64,000 bases of DNA from assembly GCA_963702475.1 (NCBI GenBank), contig CAVPCT010000003.1, positions 1-64,000 on the forward strand, written 5' to 3'. Below are positions 48,348 to 57,459 of the stretch, one piece after another. This stretch comes from an uncultured Thermoleophilia bacterium. Its GTDB lineage: Bacteria > Actinomycetota > Thermoleophilia > UBA2241. Both the position numbers and the translations under genes were made by a program. How positions within the stretch are numbered: position 1 is the first letter of the stretch; each line of letters opens with the position of its first letter. The notes under the pieces were generated by a model, which searched no databases, was not told the origin of the DNA, and saw nothing but the letters and a program-made list of their open reading frames with translations.

Positions 48348-49006
48348 AAGTCGTCGTCGCCGGCGCCGGGACGCTCGGCCGGCGCGTCACGCGCTACGTG
48401 AGCAGAGAGCACACCGTGACGCTCATCGAGCAGGACCCGCAGCGTTACCGGGCCATGACCGAGGAGTTCGACGGCTGGGCCGAGGTCACCGTGTTGCAGG
48501 GTGACGCGGACGAGCCCAGTGTGCTGCTGGAGGCAGGCGTCGACCGCGCCGACGTCTTCGTCGCGGCCACCGGCGACGACGAGGACAACCTCGTCGCCTG
48601 CCTGCTGGCCAAGAACGAGTACAGGGTGAAGAAGGTCATCGCCGCCGTGCGCAACCCGCGCAACCGCTGGCTGTACAACCGCAGTTGGGGCGTGGACGTG
48701 GCCCTGGATTCGGCGCAGATCGTGGCCCGGCTCATCGAGGAGGAGGCCACGCTCACCGACCTGGTCACGCTGCTGGACCTGCGGGAGGGCGAGGTCACGA
48801 TCACGTCCATCACGGCGACTCCGGACGGGGTGCTGGTCGGCAAGACGTTCGAGGAGCTCCACGTGCCGCCGAGCTGCCATCCCGTTGCCGTGATCAGGGA
48901 CAACGACATCGTCATGCCGGGACCGGATGTGCGCATCAGGGCCGGCGACATGCTGCTCGTCATCGCCGGTCCCGGCGGGGAGTGCCACATCGCCGAGCTC
49001 AGGTAG
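48344..49006 (+). CDS. trkA: TrkA family RCK protein (second copy)
   Basis: MKVVVAGAGTLG; ATGDDEDNLV; WGVDVA; ATGA overlap. Confidence 0.9.
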   Translation: MKVVVAGAGTLGRRVTRYVSREHTVTLIEQDPQRYRAMTEEFDGWAEVTVLQGDADEPSVLLEAGVDRADVFVAATGDDEDNLVACLLAKNEYRVKKVIAAVRNPRNRWLYNRSWGVDVALDSAQIVARLIEEEATLTDLVTLLDLREGEVTITSITATPDGVLVGKTFEELHVPPSCHPVAVIRDNDIVMPGPDVRIRAGDMLLVIAGPGGECHIAELR

Positions 49007-49065
49007 GCACGCGAGGCCTCGCGGGGAGTGCGGCGCATCCGGTCCTCGCCCGACGTGTGTCCTGC

Positions 49066-49111
49066 GAAGTGAAGGGCGGCGGGTCCCGACGGACCCGCCG
49101 CCCTTCACTTC
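49066..49111. terminator. Bidirectional terminator hairpin
   Basis: GAAGTGAAGGGCGGCGGGTCC-cgac-GGACCCGCCGCCCTTCACTTC between convergent genes. Confidence 0.85.
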
Positions 49112-49128
49112 TCCCGCTGCGGCCGGGC

Positions 49129-49377
49129 TCAGTAGTAGATGACCTCGTAGCTCGCGCCATTCGGGCCGCCCGCGCCGTCACCCGACCCGTGCGGGTCCAT
49201 CCACGGGTGGGCCTGCAGGTACGGACAGGTGGAGCTGGACCCCTGTGAGGGGGCGGGGCTCGACTGGCCGTCCGGCTCGGGCAAGCTGCCGGCTGCGGCG
49301 AGCGCCATCGGCACGAGCCACACAGCGATGATGAGGAGCAGGACGGCGAGGACGCCGAGCAGATACCTGGTGCGCAT
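49129..49377 (-). CDS. Small secreted/membrane-anchored protein (82 aa)
   Basis: AAAGGGG RBS; signal-like N-terminus; CPYLQAHP; ends YEVIYY. Confidence 0.6.
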   Translation of the reverse strand: MRTRYLLGVLAVLLLIIAVWLVPMALAAAGSLPEPDGQSSPAPSQGSSSTCPYLQAHPWMDPHGSGDGAGGPNGASYEVIYY

Positions 49378-49509
49378 GACAGGTCCCCTTTCGTAAAGAG
49401 GAGTGATTCGCCCCGGTTCTACCCACGCATCCAGTGGCTCACGCACGGTTGCGCCGCTGGGCTCACGCGCGTCATCGTGCGCGGGCCTGACCGCGGACCG
49501 CACTTCGGG

Positions 49510-50370
49510 CTACCCGGCCAGCCAGTCCTCGAGCGCCGGCACCCGCGCCATCGTCTCGTCGTAGCCTTGCCGGTAGAGCGCCTCGAGTCGGGTGAGGTCG
49601 CGCTCCATGCGGCCAACGACGAGCGGGCGGACGGGCCGGAGGACGAAGGCCGAACCGGCCCGTTTCAGCGACTCGACGAGGTCGAGCGACGCGTTGTACC
49701 GGATGTGCCGCCGCCGCATGGCGGCATAGATGGCCGGGTAGCGGGCCAACAGGACCCGGCCCACTATCCGGAAGCCCTGCGGCGACTTGCGATACCCCGC
49801 GTTCTGCGTGAGCACGACGACGTTGCGTGAGTTGCCGTCGCGGATCGCCCTCAAGATAGGGATCGAGTCGCTCACACCGCCGTCAAGGCAGGGTCGCCCC
49901 TCCACCTCGACCGGGGGCGACAGCACGGGGAGGCTGCAAGTGGCGCGGAGCACCGTGCGCATGAACCAGCGCGGGTCGCGGCCGTGCTGCTCGTGGTAGC
50001 TTGCCTCCCCCGTCCCGCAGTCGGTCACGCCGGCGACCAACGTCCGTGGCGTCGTGCGGAAGGCCTCGTAGTCGAACGGCGCGAGCTCGTCCGGCAGCGT
50101 CCGGAACAGGAAGCGCATGCCGAACCAGCTGCGCTCGCGCAGCACGTTTCCCCAGCCCGCGTACCGGGGGTCGGCGACCTGGTCGACGAACACACGGTGG
50201 TTGCGCTCACGCTGGCCGGCGACGTAGTTGGACCCGGCGTTCGCCCCGGCCGAGACGCCGATCACGTAGCTGAGGTCGATGCCAGCGTCCATGAAGGCGT
50301 CCAGCACGCCGCCTGTATAGGTGGTGCGCATGCCGCCGCCCTCGAGGACCAGTCCGACGCTCGCCGTCAT
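49510..50370 (-). CDS. Patatin-like phospholipase (YjjU-like)
   Basis: LVLEGGGMR, GVSAG, DGG. Confidence 0.92.
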   Translation of the reverse strand: MTASVGLVLEGGGMRTTYTGGVLDAFMDAGIDLSYVIGVSAGANAGSNYVAGQRERNHRVFVDQVADPRYAGWGNVLRERSWFGMRFLFRTLPDELAPFDYEAFRTTPRTLVAGVTDCGTGEASYHEQHGRDPRWFMRTVLRATCSLPVLSPPVEVEGRPCLDGGVSDSIPILRAIRDGNSRNVVVLTQNAGYRKSPQGFRIVGRVLLARYPAIYAAMRRRHIRYNASLDLVESLKRAGSAFVLRPVRPLVVGRMERDLTRLEALYRQGYDETMARVPALEDWLAG

Positions 50371-50528
50371 GCCTCGACAGTACCAGATGACAGACCGCCG
50401 GCGGGCCCCGGGACCGGCACGCCTACCCACTCTCGCGCCGGCCGAGCAACGGCGCCTCGGCGGCGGGCGCGGACTACCATGACCGTGTCGGCCGGCGCGC
50501 GGCGTCGGGGGCGATGCGAGGAGGGGAC

Positions 50529-50651
50529 ATGGAGGACCTGTGGCTTGCACTCTACTGGACGGGGCCGATCGGCGTCGGCGCGTTCCTCGCCGGGCTCGGC
50601 GTCCTGTTCTGGGGCATCGGTCAGGTGCAGAGCAAGGGCAAGAAGCAGTAG
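50529..50651 (+). CDS. 40-aa single-TM small protein (below the ORF-track cutoff)
   Basis: GAGGAGGGG RBS; MEDLWLALYWTGPIGVGAFLAGLGVLFWGIGQVQSKGKKQ. Confidence 0.7.
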   Translation: MEDLWLALYWTGPIGVGAFLAGLGVLFWGIGQVQSKGKKQ

Positions 50652-50704
50652 CTGCCCCCTGCTGATCCCGGCCGGCGGCCGCAGGCGTGGCCGGCCGGGC
50701 GACC

Positions 50705-51631
50705 TCATCCTGCCGCCAGCTGCCAGACCAGCACGGCGGCGATGACGAGAGGCGTGGAGACTGCGACAAGCAGGCGCGCCAGCTCGCGGTCGAGGTCGAA
50801 GACGGCCGAGACGACGAGCGTGTTGAACGCCACCGGCATGGCCGCGAGCAGCAGGAACACGCCGGGAATGGGCACGCCTGTGATCCAGCCGAGGGCCAGC
50901 AGCACCGCGGGCAGCAGCCCGCAACGCAGGACTATGGTCACCGCGGCTCGCCACAGCTCGCCGCGATCGTGGGCAAGCGGCTCCAGCGAGACGGCGAGGC
51001 CGATCTGCAGGAATCCGACGAGGCCGAACAGCAGTCCGACGAACGGCCCGATGGGCGACACGTACGGGGTCAGGTCCACACCCGCGATGCGCAGCGCCAC
51101 CGCGGCCGCGCCGGCGACCACCGGCGGGTTCAACAGCCAGCTGCGCACCAGCTTGCGCAATCCAGGCGCGCGCATGCCTTTGGAGTTCGGGCCGGCGTAG
51201 TGCCGGCCGAGCCCGAGCATCACGCCGTCCGTCGGGATCAGGTACTGGAACTCCGCGTAGATGACGGCCAGCGCCAGGCCCTGACCGCCGAAGGCGAGCG
51301 TGGTGAGCGGGAACCCGAGCGTGCCGCAGTTGCCCATGGCCGTGGCGAACGCCATGACGCCGGCCTCGCGCGAGCCGCGGCCGAACAGCCGGCCCCACAG
51401 CATGCCGATGCCCAGGCTGATCCACGTGGCGGCGACCAGGCAGCCGAAGGCCGCCACCAGCTCGAGCTCGACCGTGACCGTGGTGTACGCGTAGACGACC
51501 ACCAACGGCGACATCACCCACAGCGCGAGCATGAAGATGACGTGCGACGCGCCGTGCGGGTCCTTCAGCCGGCGTTGCATGGTGACCCCGACCGAGAAGC
51601 TGAGCACCCAGCCGAGGACGGAGATCAGCAC
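50705..51631 (-). CDS. AEC (auxin efflux carrier) family transporter
   Basis: GNCGTLGFPL, LLNPPVVA, LAAMPVAFN; ~10 TM. Confidence 0.88.
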   Translation of the reverse strand: MLISVLGWVLSFSVGVTMQRRLKDPHGASHVIFMLALWVMSPLVVVYAYTTVTVELELVAAFGCLVAATWISLGIGMLWGRLFGRGSREAGVMAFATAMGNCGTLGFPLTTLAFGGQGLALAVIYAEFQYLIPTDGVMLGLGRHYAGPNSKGMRAPGLRKLVRSWLLNPPVVAGAAAVALRIAGVDLTPYVSPIGPFVGLLFGLVGFLQIGLAVSLEPLAHDRGELWRAAVTIVLRCGLLPAVLLALGWITGVPIPGVFLLLAAMPVAFNTLVVSAVFDLDRELARLLVAVSTPLVIAAVLVWQLAAG

Positions 51632-51859
51632 GGGGCGCCTTCGGGACGGGCGCGCGCCGGCGCTGCGAGTGTGTCGTGGTGCCGCATCGGGTCTCTAGTG
51701 TGTCACACGGCCGTCACACGGGGGCCAGCCTACGGAAGGCCCACGGACGCACAGGTGGTTCTCAGGGATACCTCAGGCTCCCCCAAGGCGGGACGAGCAT
51801 GTTGTGCGGTGACACGGCGGTGACGGGCGTCCCGCCGCGACGAGACGAGGTGACCGGAG

Positions 51860-52048
51860 ATGAAGAAGCACGTGTTCGCGCAGGTGAGGCCGCTCGACGT
51901 CGCCGAGGTGTGGTCCGCCGTCCATGCGGACGGGTGGGACGACGGCGAGGAACCGTCCCCGTTCGGCGTGCGCTGGATGTGCAAGCTGGACGACTGGTAC
52001 CTGACCCCGCCGGTGGGCTTCATCCCGCTCACGCGGGTCGTGCACTGA
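51860..52048 (+). CDS. Small hypothetical protein (62 aa, Trp-rich)
   Basis: GAGGTG RBS-like sequence upstream; coding-like codon use; followed by a hairpin. Confidence 0.65.
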   Translation: MKKHVFAQVRPLDVAEVWSAVHADGWDDGEEPSPFGVRWMCKLDDWYLTPPVGFIPLTRVVH

Positions 52049-52055
52049 GAATGCG

Positions 52056-52098
52056 GACGGGCGGGGGCGGCTCGAAAGGCGGGCCGCCCCCGCCCGTC
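52056..52098 (+). terminator. GC hairpin after the small ORF
   Basis: GACGGGCGGGGGCGGC...GCCGCCCCCGCCCGTC. Confidence 0.6.
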
Positions 52099-52128
52099 CT
52101 GCGTACGCCGCCCCGTCCACGGTCCTTC

Positions 52129-52156
52129 GGGAAGACAGGGCGGACCTCCGGCGTCT
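52129..52156 (+). promoter_or_regulatory. Possible ECF-sigma promoter
   Basis: GGGAAG-N17-CGTCT upstream of the cupredoxin gene. Confidence 0.4.
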
Positions 52157-52198
52157 TGCTGGGTGGACGAAATCCACGCAGCGATCGGAGGAGACACC

Positions 52199-52618
52199 AT
52201 GAGACTCCGTGGACATACAGGCAGGGCACCGGCCATCGCGCTCGGGCTGATCGTCGCCATCGCGCTCATCGGCTGTGGAGGCGCCGCCTCCGGCAACGGC
52301 GATGGTGCCGCGAGCACGCCGACCTCGGCGGGCGCTCGGGGAGCCACCGTCACGATCAAGGACTACGCCTTCGATTCCCCGACCCTGACGGTCAAGGCCG
52401 GGACCACGGTGACCTGGACCAACCGCGACGCCGTCATGCACACCGTCACAGCCGCCGACTCGCTGAGCACGGATGCCGCACCGACCGGGCTCTTCGACGC
52501 CCAGCTCGGGCAGGGACAGAGCTTCAGCTTCACCTTCGCCGAGCCGGGCACGTACTACTATCTGTGCACACCTCACAGGTCCATGGCGACCATGCACGCG
52601 ACGATCATCGTGCAGTAA
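52199..52618 (+). CDS. Plastocyanin/amicyanin-like cupredoxin lipoprotein
   Basis: Lipobox LIGC; WTNRD..MHTV; YYLCTPHRSMATM type-1 Cu ligands. Confidence 0.9.
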   Translation: MRLRGHTGRAPAIALGLIVAIALIGCGGAASGNGDGAASTPTSAGARGATVTIKDYAFDSPTLTVKAGTTVTWTNRDAVMHTVTAADSLSTDAAPTGLFDAQLGQGQSFSFTFAEPGTYYYLCTPHRSMATMHATIIVQ

Positions 52619-52636
52619 CGAGGGCGAGACGGAGTC

Positions 52637-53416
52637 ATGGCGAGCATCATCGATACGCTGGACGAGCGGCAGATGACCGACCTCATGGCGTACGCCGAGG
52701 GCACACTGCCGGAGGGAAGGCGCGCCGAGGTGGAGGCCTGGGTCGCAGGCTCCCTCGAGCTCCAGGAGCTGGTGAGGCGGCAGCGGCGGTCGCTGGCCGC
52801 CACGCGGGGGCTCGCGGGCGAGGCCGCGCCGACGTCGCTGTACGCGGCCGTCGAAGGCGGATCTGCCGGCGCGGCGAGGCCGCGCCGGCGGCGGCTGACA
52901 CTCGCGCTCTCCGCCGCCGGCGTGCTTGCCGTCGTCCTCATCGCGGCGGTGCTCCTCACCGTGGGGACCGCGCCGGGCGGGCCGACCGTGGCCGACGCGG
53001 CCCAGCTGGCGACTCAGCCGGCCACGGCGGCCGCGCCGCCGTCGGTGCCGGGCAGCGATCGGCTGAACGTCTCGGTCGGGGGTCTGGCGTTCCCCGACCT
53101 CTCGGAGCGATACGGCTGGCGCGCCGTCGGCACCCGGCGGGACACGATCGCCGGGCGTGAAGCCGCGGTCGTCTACTACGCCGGCGGCGCGGAGCAGGTG
53201 GGGTACGCGATCGTCGACAGCCCCGTCCTTGCGCGCCCCGACGGCGCCGTCGCGACGGTGCGTGACGGAGTGGAGTACCTGTCGCTGGTCGCGGCCGGGT
53301 ATCCGGTGGTCGCCTGGCGGCGCGACGGGCACACGTGCGTGCTGGTCGGCGACGTCGCGCCCGAGCGGCTCCTCATGCTGGCGCGGTGGAGCAACGGCGC
53401 CGGCGCGAGCTACTGA
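52637..53416 (+). CDS. Putative anti-sigma factor
   Basis: LMAYAEGTLP...EVEA N-terminal ASD-like helices, single TM, WRRDGHTCVLVG C-terminus. Confidence 0.7.
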   Translation: MASIIDTLDERQMTDLMAYAEGTLPEGRRAEVEAWVAGSLELQELVRRQRRSLAATRGLAGEAAPTSLYAAVEGGSAGAARPRRRRLTLALSAAGVLAVVLIAAVLLTVGTAPGGPTVADAAQLATQPATAAAPPSVPGSDRLNVSVGGLAFPDLSERYGWRAVGTRRDTIAGREAAVVYYAGGAEQVGYAIVDSPVLARPDGAVATVRDGVEYLSLVAAGYPVVAWRRDGHTCVLVGDVAPERLLMLARWSNGAGASY

Positions 53417-53420
53417 CCGG

Positions 53421-53936
53421 TCAAGCCCGTCTTGCGGTCTCGGGTGCGCTGAGGCGCAGCGCCAGTCTGTCGCGCGCCCGAAAGAGCCTGCTCGTCAGCG
53501 TGCCCTCGGGCACACCGAGCAGGCGGGCGGCCTCCTTGTACGAGAGCCCGGCGACGTCCACGGCGACGACGGCGTCTCGGTAGTCGGCGGGCAGCTCGGC
53601 GATGGCCGTGTGGACCTCCGCGCCGGCGACGATCTCGGCCGGGTCGGCGATCTCCGGCCGGCCGGCGTCGACATCCTCGAGCAGATCCACGGTGGCCGGT
53701 CGCCTCGCCGCGGTCCGCCGCCTGTCGGCAAGGGTGTTGCGCAGCGCCCGCAACAGGTAACCGAGGTCGTCGCGGACCAGACGGGGACGCGCCAGCACGC
53801 GCACCAGGGTGTCCTGGACGAGGTCTTCCGCCTCGTCGCGGGAACCCGTCCACGCGCGCGCCGCGCGGAACAGCGCTGGGAGGTGGTCCTTCACGTGGTC
53901 GCGGTCGAGCCGGTGTGGACTGGTCATCTGCGTCAT
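53421..53936 (-). CDS. ECF RNA polymerase sigma factor
   Basis: DEAEDLVQDT (region 2); LSYKEAARLLGVPEGTLTSRLFRAR (region 4). Confidence 0.92.
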   Translation of the reverse strand: MTQMTSPHRLDRDHVKDHLPALFRAARAWTGSRDEAEDLVQDTLVRVLARPRLVRDDLGYLLRALRNTLADRRRTAARRPATVDLLEDVDAGRPEIADPAEIVAGAEVHTAIAELPADYRDAVVAVDVAGLSYKEAARLLGVPEGTLTSRLFRARDRLALRLSAPETARRA

Positions 53937-54081
53937 CTCTGCCGGTGGTCACAGGCTGGACTTCCACCGGCGACGGGCGCGGAAACGCGCGAGGCTGTGC
54001 GGCGACGTTGGGACCGGCCGCGGCAGCCTGCCGGGCCGCGAGGTCGCAGGAGCCTGCCGGCCGCTGCGGTATGCTGTCGCC

Positions 54082-55084
54082 GTGGTTCGGACTCTCGGAG
54101 AGGTCGCCGCCAGCGGGCGCTTTCAGACGCTCCGCACCGCGGCGTTTGGACTGTTCGCCGCCGGCGACCACGCCGGCGCTCTGCCGTATGCCCTTGCGGC
54201 CGCCGAGCTGTTCCCCGGCAAGGGAGAGGTACCCTTCTGGCTCGCCTGCATCCACAGCAGGCTGGGCGAGCCGGAGGTCGCCGTGGCGGTGCTGCGCGCC
54301 GGTCTCGGCCGCGGCCTGTACTGGCCGCAGGACTGGCTCCTCGACGACGACGACCTCGAGCCGCTTCGCGGCCGCGCCGACTTCGCGGCGGTGGTGCGGG
54401 ATGCGGCGACAGGTCGAGGCGCGGGCGCCGCGAGGCGGACCGCTCGCGCCGGTCGTGCTCCCCGCGTCCTTCGCCGGCGACGAGCGTCGCCCGCCGCGCG
54501 CCGTGGTCCTGGTGCTGCACGGCTGGGGCCAGGACGCGGACGAGTTCGCGCTGCACTGGGCAGCGGCGGCCGCCGCCGGCTTCGCGGTCGTGGCGCTCCG
54601 CTCGAGCCAAGAGCCCTGCCCGGGGTTCTGCGTGTGGGACGACCGCGGGCGGGCGCTGGACGACGTGACGGCTCAGTTGGCCGCCGCCCGCCCGACCTTG
54701 GGCGGCGGGACCGCCGGCGACGGGGCGTCTGCGCCGCCGCTCGTGATGGCCGGCTTCTCGCAGGGTGGCGGGGTCGCCGTCGATCTGGCGATCGACGGCC
54801 TGCCTGCCCCGCCCCAAGGCGTCCTGGCGCTCGCCGCAGGTCTCGACGATCTCGCGGAGCCGCCTGTGGCGGCTCGGCTCAGTGCGGCGGGCGCTCGCGG
54901 TCTCCGGGCCCGCCTGCTCGCGGGCGAGGGCGACGATGCGCTCGACGACGTCCGGCGGCTCGCGCGTGTGCTGGAGCAGGCTGGGACCGGCGGCGTTCTC
55001 ACGGTGCTGCCGGACCTCGGGCACGAGATGCCGGAACCGCCGGGCGGACTGCTGGCTCGGGAGCTCGGCGGATTGCTGGGGTGA
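54082..55084 (+). CDS. TPR-like domain plus alpha/beta hydrolase; frameshift near 54410
   Basis: FWLACIHSRLGE...DDDLEPLRG then VLHGWG, GFSQGG, DLGHEM; TATGCT just upstream suggests a leaderless start. Confidence 0.7.
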
Positions 55085-55146
55085 GGAGTCAGAGGCCGTG
55101 ACCCCGGCCGCGGCGGCCTCCCGCCAGCACGGCGCCGAGCCCGTCG

Positions 55147-55479
55147 TCAGGCGACCGCCCCGCTGGAGCCCACCCGCCGCGATGGACGGCACAGCGGGCA
55201 GGCGCAGTGCTCACTGTGATGCCAACCGTACTCGATCCCGACGCCGCTCTCGAGGATGGAGTGCGGCAGGGCGCGCAGCGACCCCTTGCCCTTCTTCGCG
55301 TCGGACAGGTCGTAGAGCTCGCCGTCCAGGTAGACAAGCTGTTCGCCGTGATCGAAGAAGTACGCGGGGAGGCCCGCCTCGAGGACCTCTTCGAGGAGCA
55401 GCCGCCTGGGGGAGCAATGGGACACGCCGAACCTATCCGGCCGGCACGGCAGTACGTCCCTCAGCTCGGTGATGGTCAT
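55147..55479 (-). CDS. Hypothetical protein with C-terminal HxxxCxCxxC motif
   Basis: GAGGGG RBS; GWHHSEHCACPLC. Confidence 0.65.
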   Translation of the reverse strand: MTITELRDVLPCRPDRFGVSHCSPRRLLLEEVLEAGLPAYFFDHGEQLVYLDGELYDLSDAKKGKGSLRALPHSILESGVGIEYGWHHSEHCACPLCRPSRRVGSSGAVA

Positions 55480-55619
55480 CTCTGTCCCCTCGCCATCTCG
55501 CTGTGATCTCCGCATCTGCCTCTAGTGTCGACGACGCTGCGAGAACCTCACCGGAACATCCGTCTATGCGGGCGGGAGCGGGCGTGCGGGTGCAGTCTGG
55601 CGCGCAGCTGCTATTCTGG

Positions 55620-56228
55620 TTGACCGCACACTTAACGCCGACGGCCCGGAGACCCCCACTGAACGATCCCGTTGCCACGCGTCCCCGGTGGGACAAGCTG
55701 ACGCCGCGCCTCGGCCCGCGCGTGCAGCTGTACGCGGCGGCTGTCGTCTGGCTGGTGGGCACGGGCTTCCTGCTCGTGCGTGGGGTCCTCTTCGTCGAGG
55801 TGCCCGGCCCGGGGGTGCACATCAGTAACTGGATCCTGCCGGTGGCGCTCGTCGCGGTCGTCCTGGGCGTGCTCAAGGCGCGGTTCGTGCTCATCCGCTA
55901 CGCGAACAGGGCCGTCCGCCGTGTCGAGGCCCGAGGGCATGCCTGCTTCTTCGGTTTCTTCTCGGTGAAGTCATGGCTGTTCGTGCTCGTGATGATGGGT
56001 GGAGGCATCCTGCTGCGCCACTCGCCGCTCATCGACTCGTGGTGGGGACGGGTCACGCTGTCCATCATCTACATCGCCGTCGGCACGTCGCTGGCCATCG
56101 CGGACCGCATCTTCTGGCTTGGGGCGATCCGGTACGGCCGCAGGGCCGTCGCGGAGGAGCGCGAGCCCGTCGTCGACGTCTGTGAGGAGGCCGCGCCCGA
56201 GCCGCGTCCCGTCGGCCGGCTCGGCTGA
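55620..56228 (+). CDS. Hypothetical 4-TM membrane protein
   Basis: AAVVWLVG, CFFGFFSVKSW, MMGGGILLRH; start uncertain. Confidence 0.75.
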   Translation: MTAHLTPTARRPPLNDPVATRPRWDKLTPRLGPRVQLYAAAVVWLVGTGFLLVRGVLFVEVPGPGVHISNWILPVALVAVVLGVLKARFVLIRYANRAVRRVEARGHACFFGFFSVKSWLFVLVMMGGGILLRHSPLIDSWWGRVTLSIIYIAVGTSLAIADRIFWLGAIRYGRRAVAEEREPVVDVCEEAAPEPRPVGRLG

Positions 56229-56422
56229 CGCCGGGCTCGGCGCGACCGGCGTTTCAGGGCTGGCGCGGTCCGTGCGTGGGTGCGCAGGGCCACGCTCGCT
56301 GCGGAGCGGCCGGCGGGTGTGCACGCCATCGGCGTCCCGGTGGCTGGTTTGAGGGCAGGGACCGGGAGTCAGAATCAGGCCAAGCCCCCAGGTCGGGGGA
56401 CACGCACCGTGAGGAGGGCGAC

Positions 56423-56803
56423 ATGCCATCCGCACTGAACTGGTTCCAGATCCCCGCCGCCGACGGCACCCGCGCCAGGGCGTTCTACGAGACCGTCTGC
56501 GGCGTCGAGCTGACGGAGTTGCCGGGAGGCCCGGACATGCAGATGTGGGCGTTTCCCACCGACTGGCGGCAAGGCGAGATCGGCGGGGCGATCGTGTGCG
56601 GCGAGGGAGCTGTGCCCAGCGCCACGGGGACGATGGTGTTCCTGAACGGCGACCCGGACCTGCAGGCCGTGCTGGACAGGGTCGAGCCCGCCGGCGGCAG
56701 GATCCTGATGTCCAAGACCCTGATCGACATGGAGGACGCGGGCTACTTCGCGATCATCGCCGACACCGAGGGCAACACGGTAGGGCTGCACTCGCGCGGG
56801 TGA
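56423..56803 (+). CDS. VOC family protein
   Basis: NWFQIPAAD..RARAFYE; DTEGNTVGLHS. Confidence 0.9.
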   Translation: MPSALNWFQIPAADGTRARAFYETVCGVELTELPGGPDMQMWAFPTDWRQGEIGGAIVCGEGAVPSATGTMVFLNGDPDLQAVLDRVEPAGGRILMSKTLIDMEDAGYFAIIADTEGNTVGLHSRG

Positions 56804-56943
56804 CCGACTCGCATGGCGCGGCGGACGGGTGCCGATCGGACCGCCGCGCGGAAGTGCCGGCGCCCGCCGGGCAGGGCACAGCCCGCCGGCGGGCGCGGCG
56901 CGGACGGGGCCGCGCGTTCGGCGCCGGCGCGGTCCCTCGCCGG

Positions 56944-57459
56944 TCAGCCGAGCCAGACCAGCCGCGCCTCGGGCTCGCCGCCGCGGATGTCGACCCAGGC
57001 CATGCTGGGGCGAGGGTCCCACGGCAGCGGCGCGCTCGCCGTGCCCGGGTTCAGCCAGAGCACGGGGAGGCCGCCGGGGCGCGCGTCTCCGCGGTAGCGG
57101 ATCTCCGCGCGGTGGCTGTGTCCGTAGATCAACAGCCTGATCTCTTCACGCGCCGGCGCGGGGTGGGCCTCTCTGAGGTCGCGGCGCTTGTGCGCCACGA
57201 CGAAGCGCACGCCGGCGAGCTCGCCGGCGGCCTCCAAGGGCAGCTCCGCGACCTCGCCGGTACGGTCGCGGTTGCCGCGCACGGCGAGCACCGGCGCCAC
57301 GCCGCCGAGCGCGGCCAGCACCTCCATGGAGCCGACGTCGCCGGCGTGCACGATGAGGTCCGCGCCGGCGCAGGCGTTCAGCACGGCGGCCGGCAGCTTG
57401 CCGTGCGTGTCGGAGACGACGGCGATGCGGGCGTCGGGTGGGCGGGCCGCCGGCGTCAT
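56944..57459 (-). CDS. YfcE-like metallophosphoesterase
   Basis: SDTHG, HAGD, VRGNRD, GHSH, NPG. Confidence 0.92.
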   Translation of the reverse strand: MTPAARPPDARIAVVSDTHGKLPAAVLNACAGADLIVHAGDVGSMEVLAALGGVAPVLAVRGNRDRTGEVAELPLEAAGELAGVRFVVAHKRRDLREAHPAPAREEIRLLIYGHSHRAEIRYRGDARPGGLPVLWLNPGTASAPLPWDPRPSMAWVDIRGGEPEARLVWLG

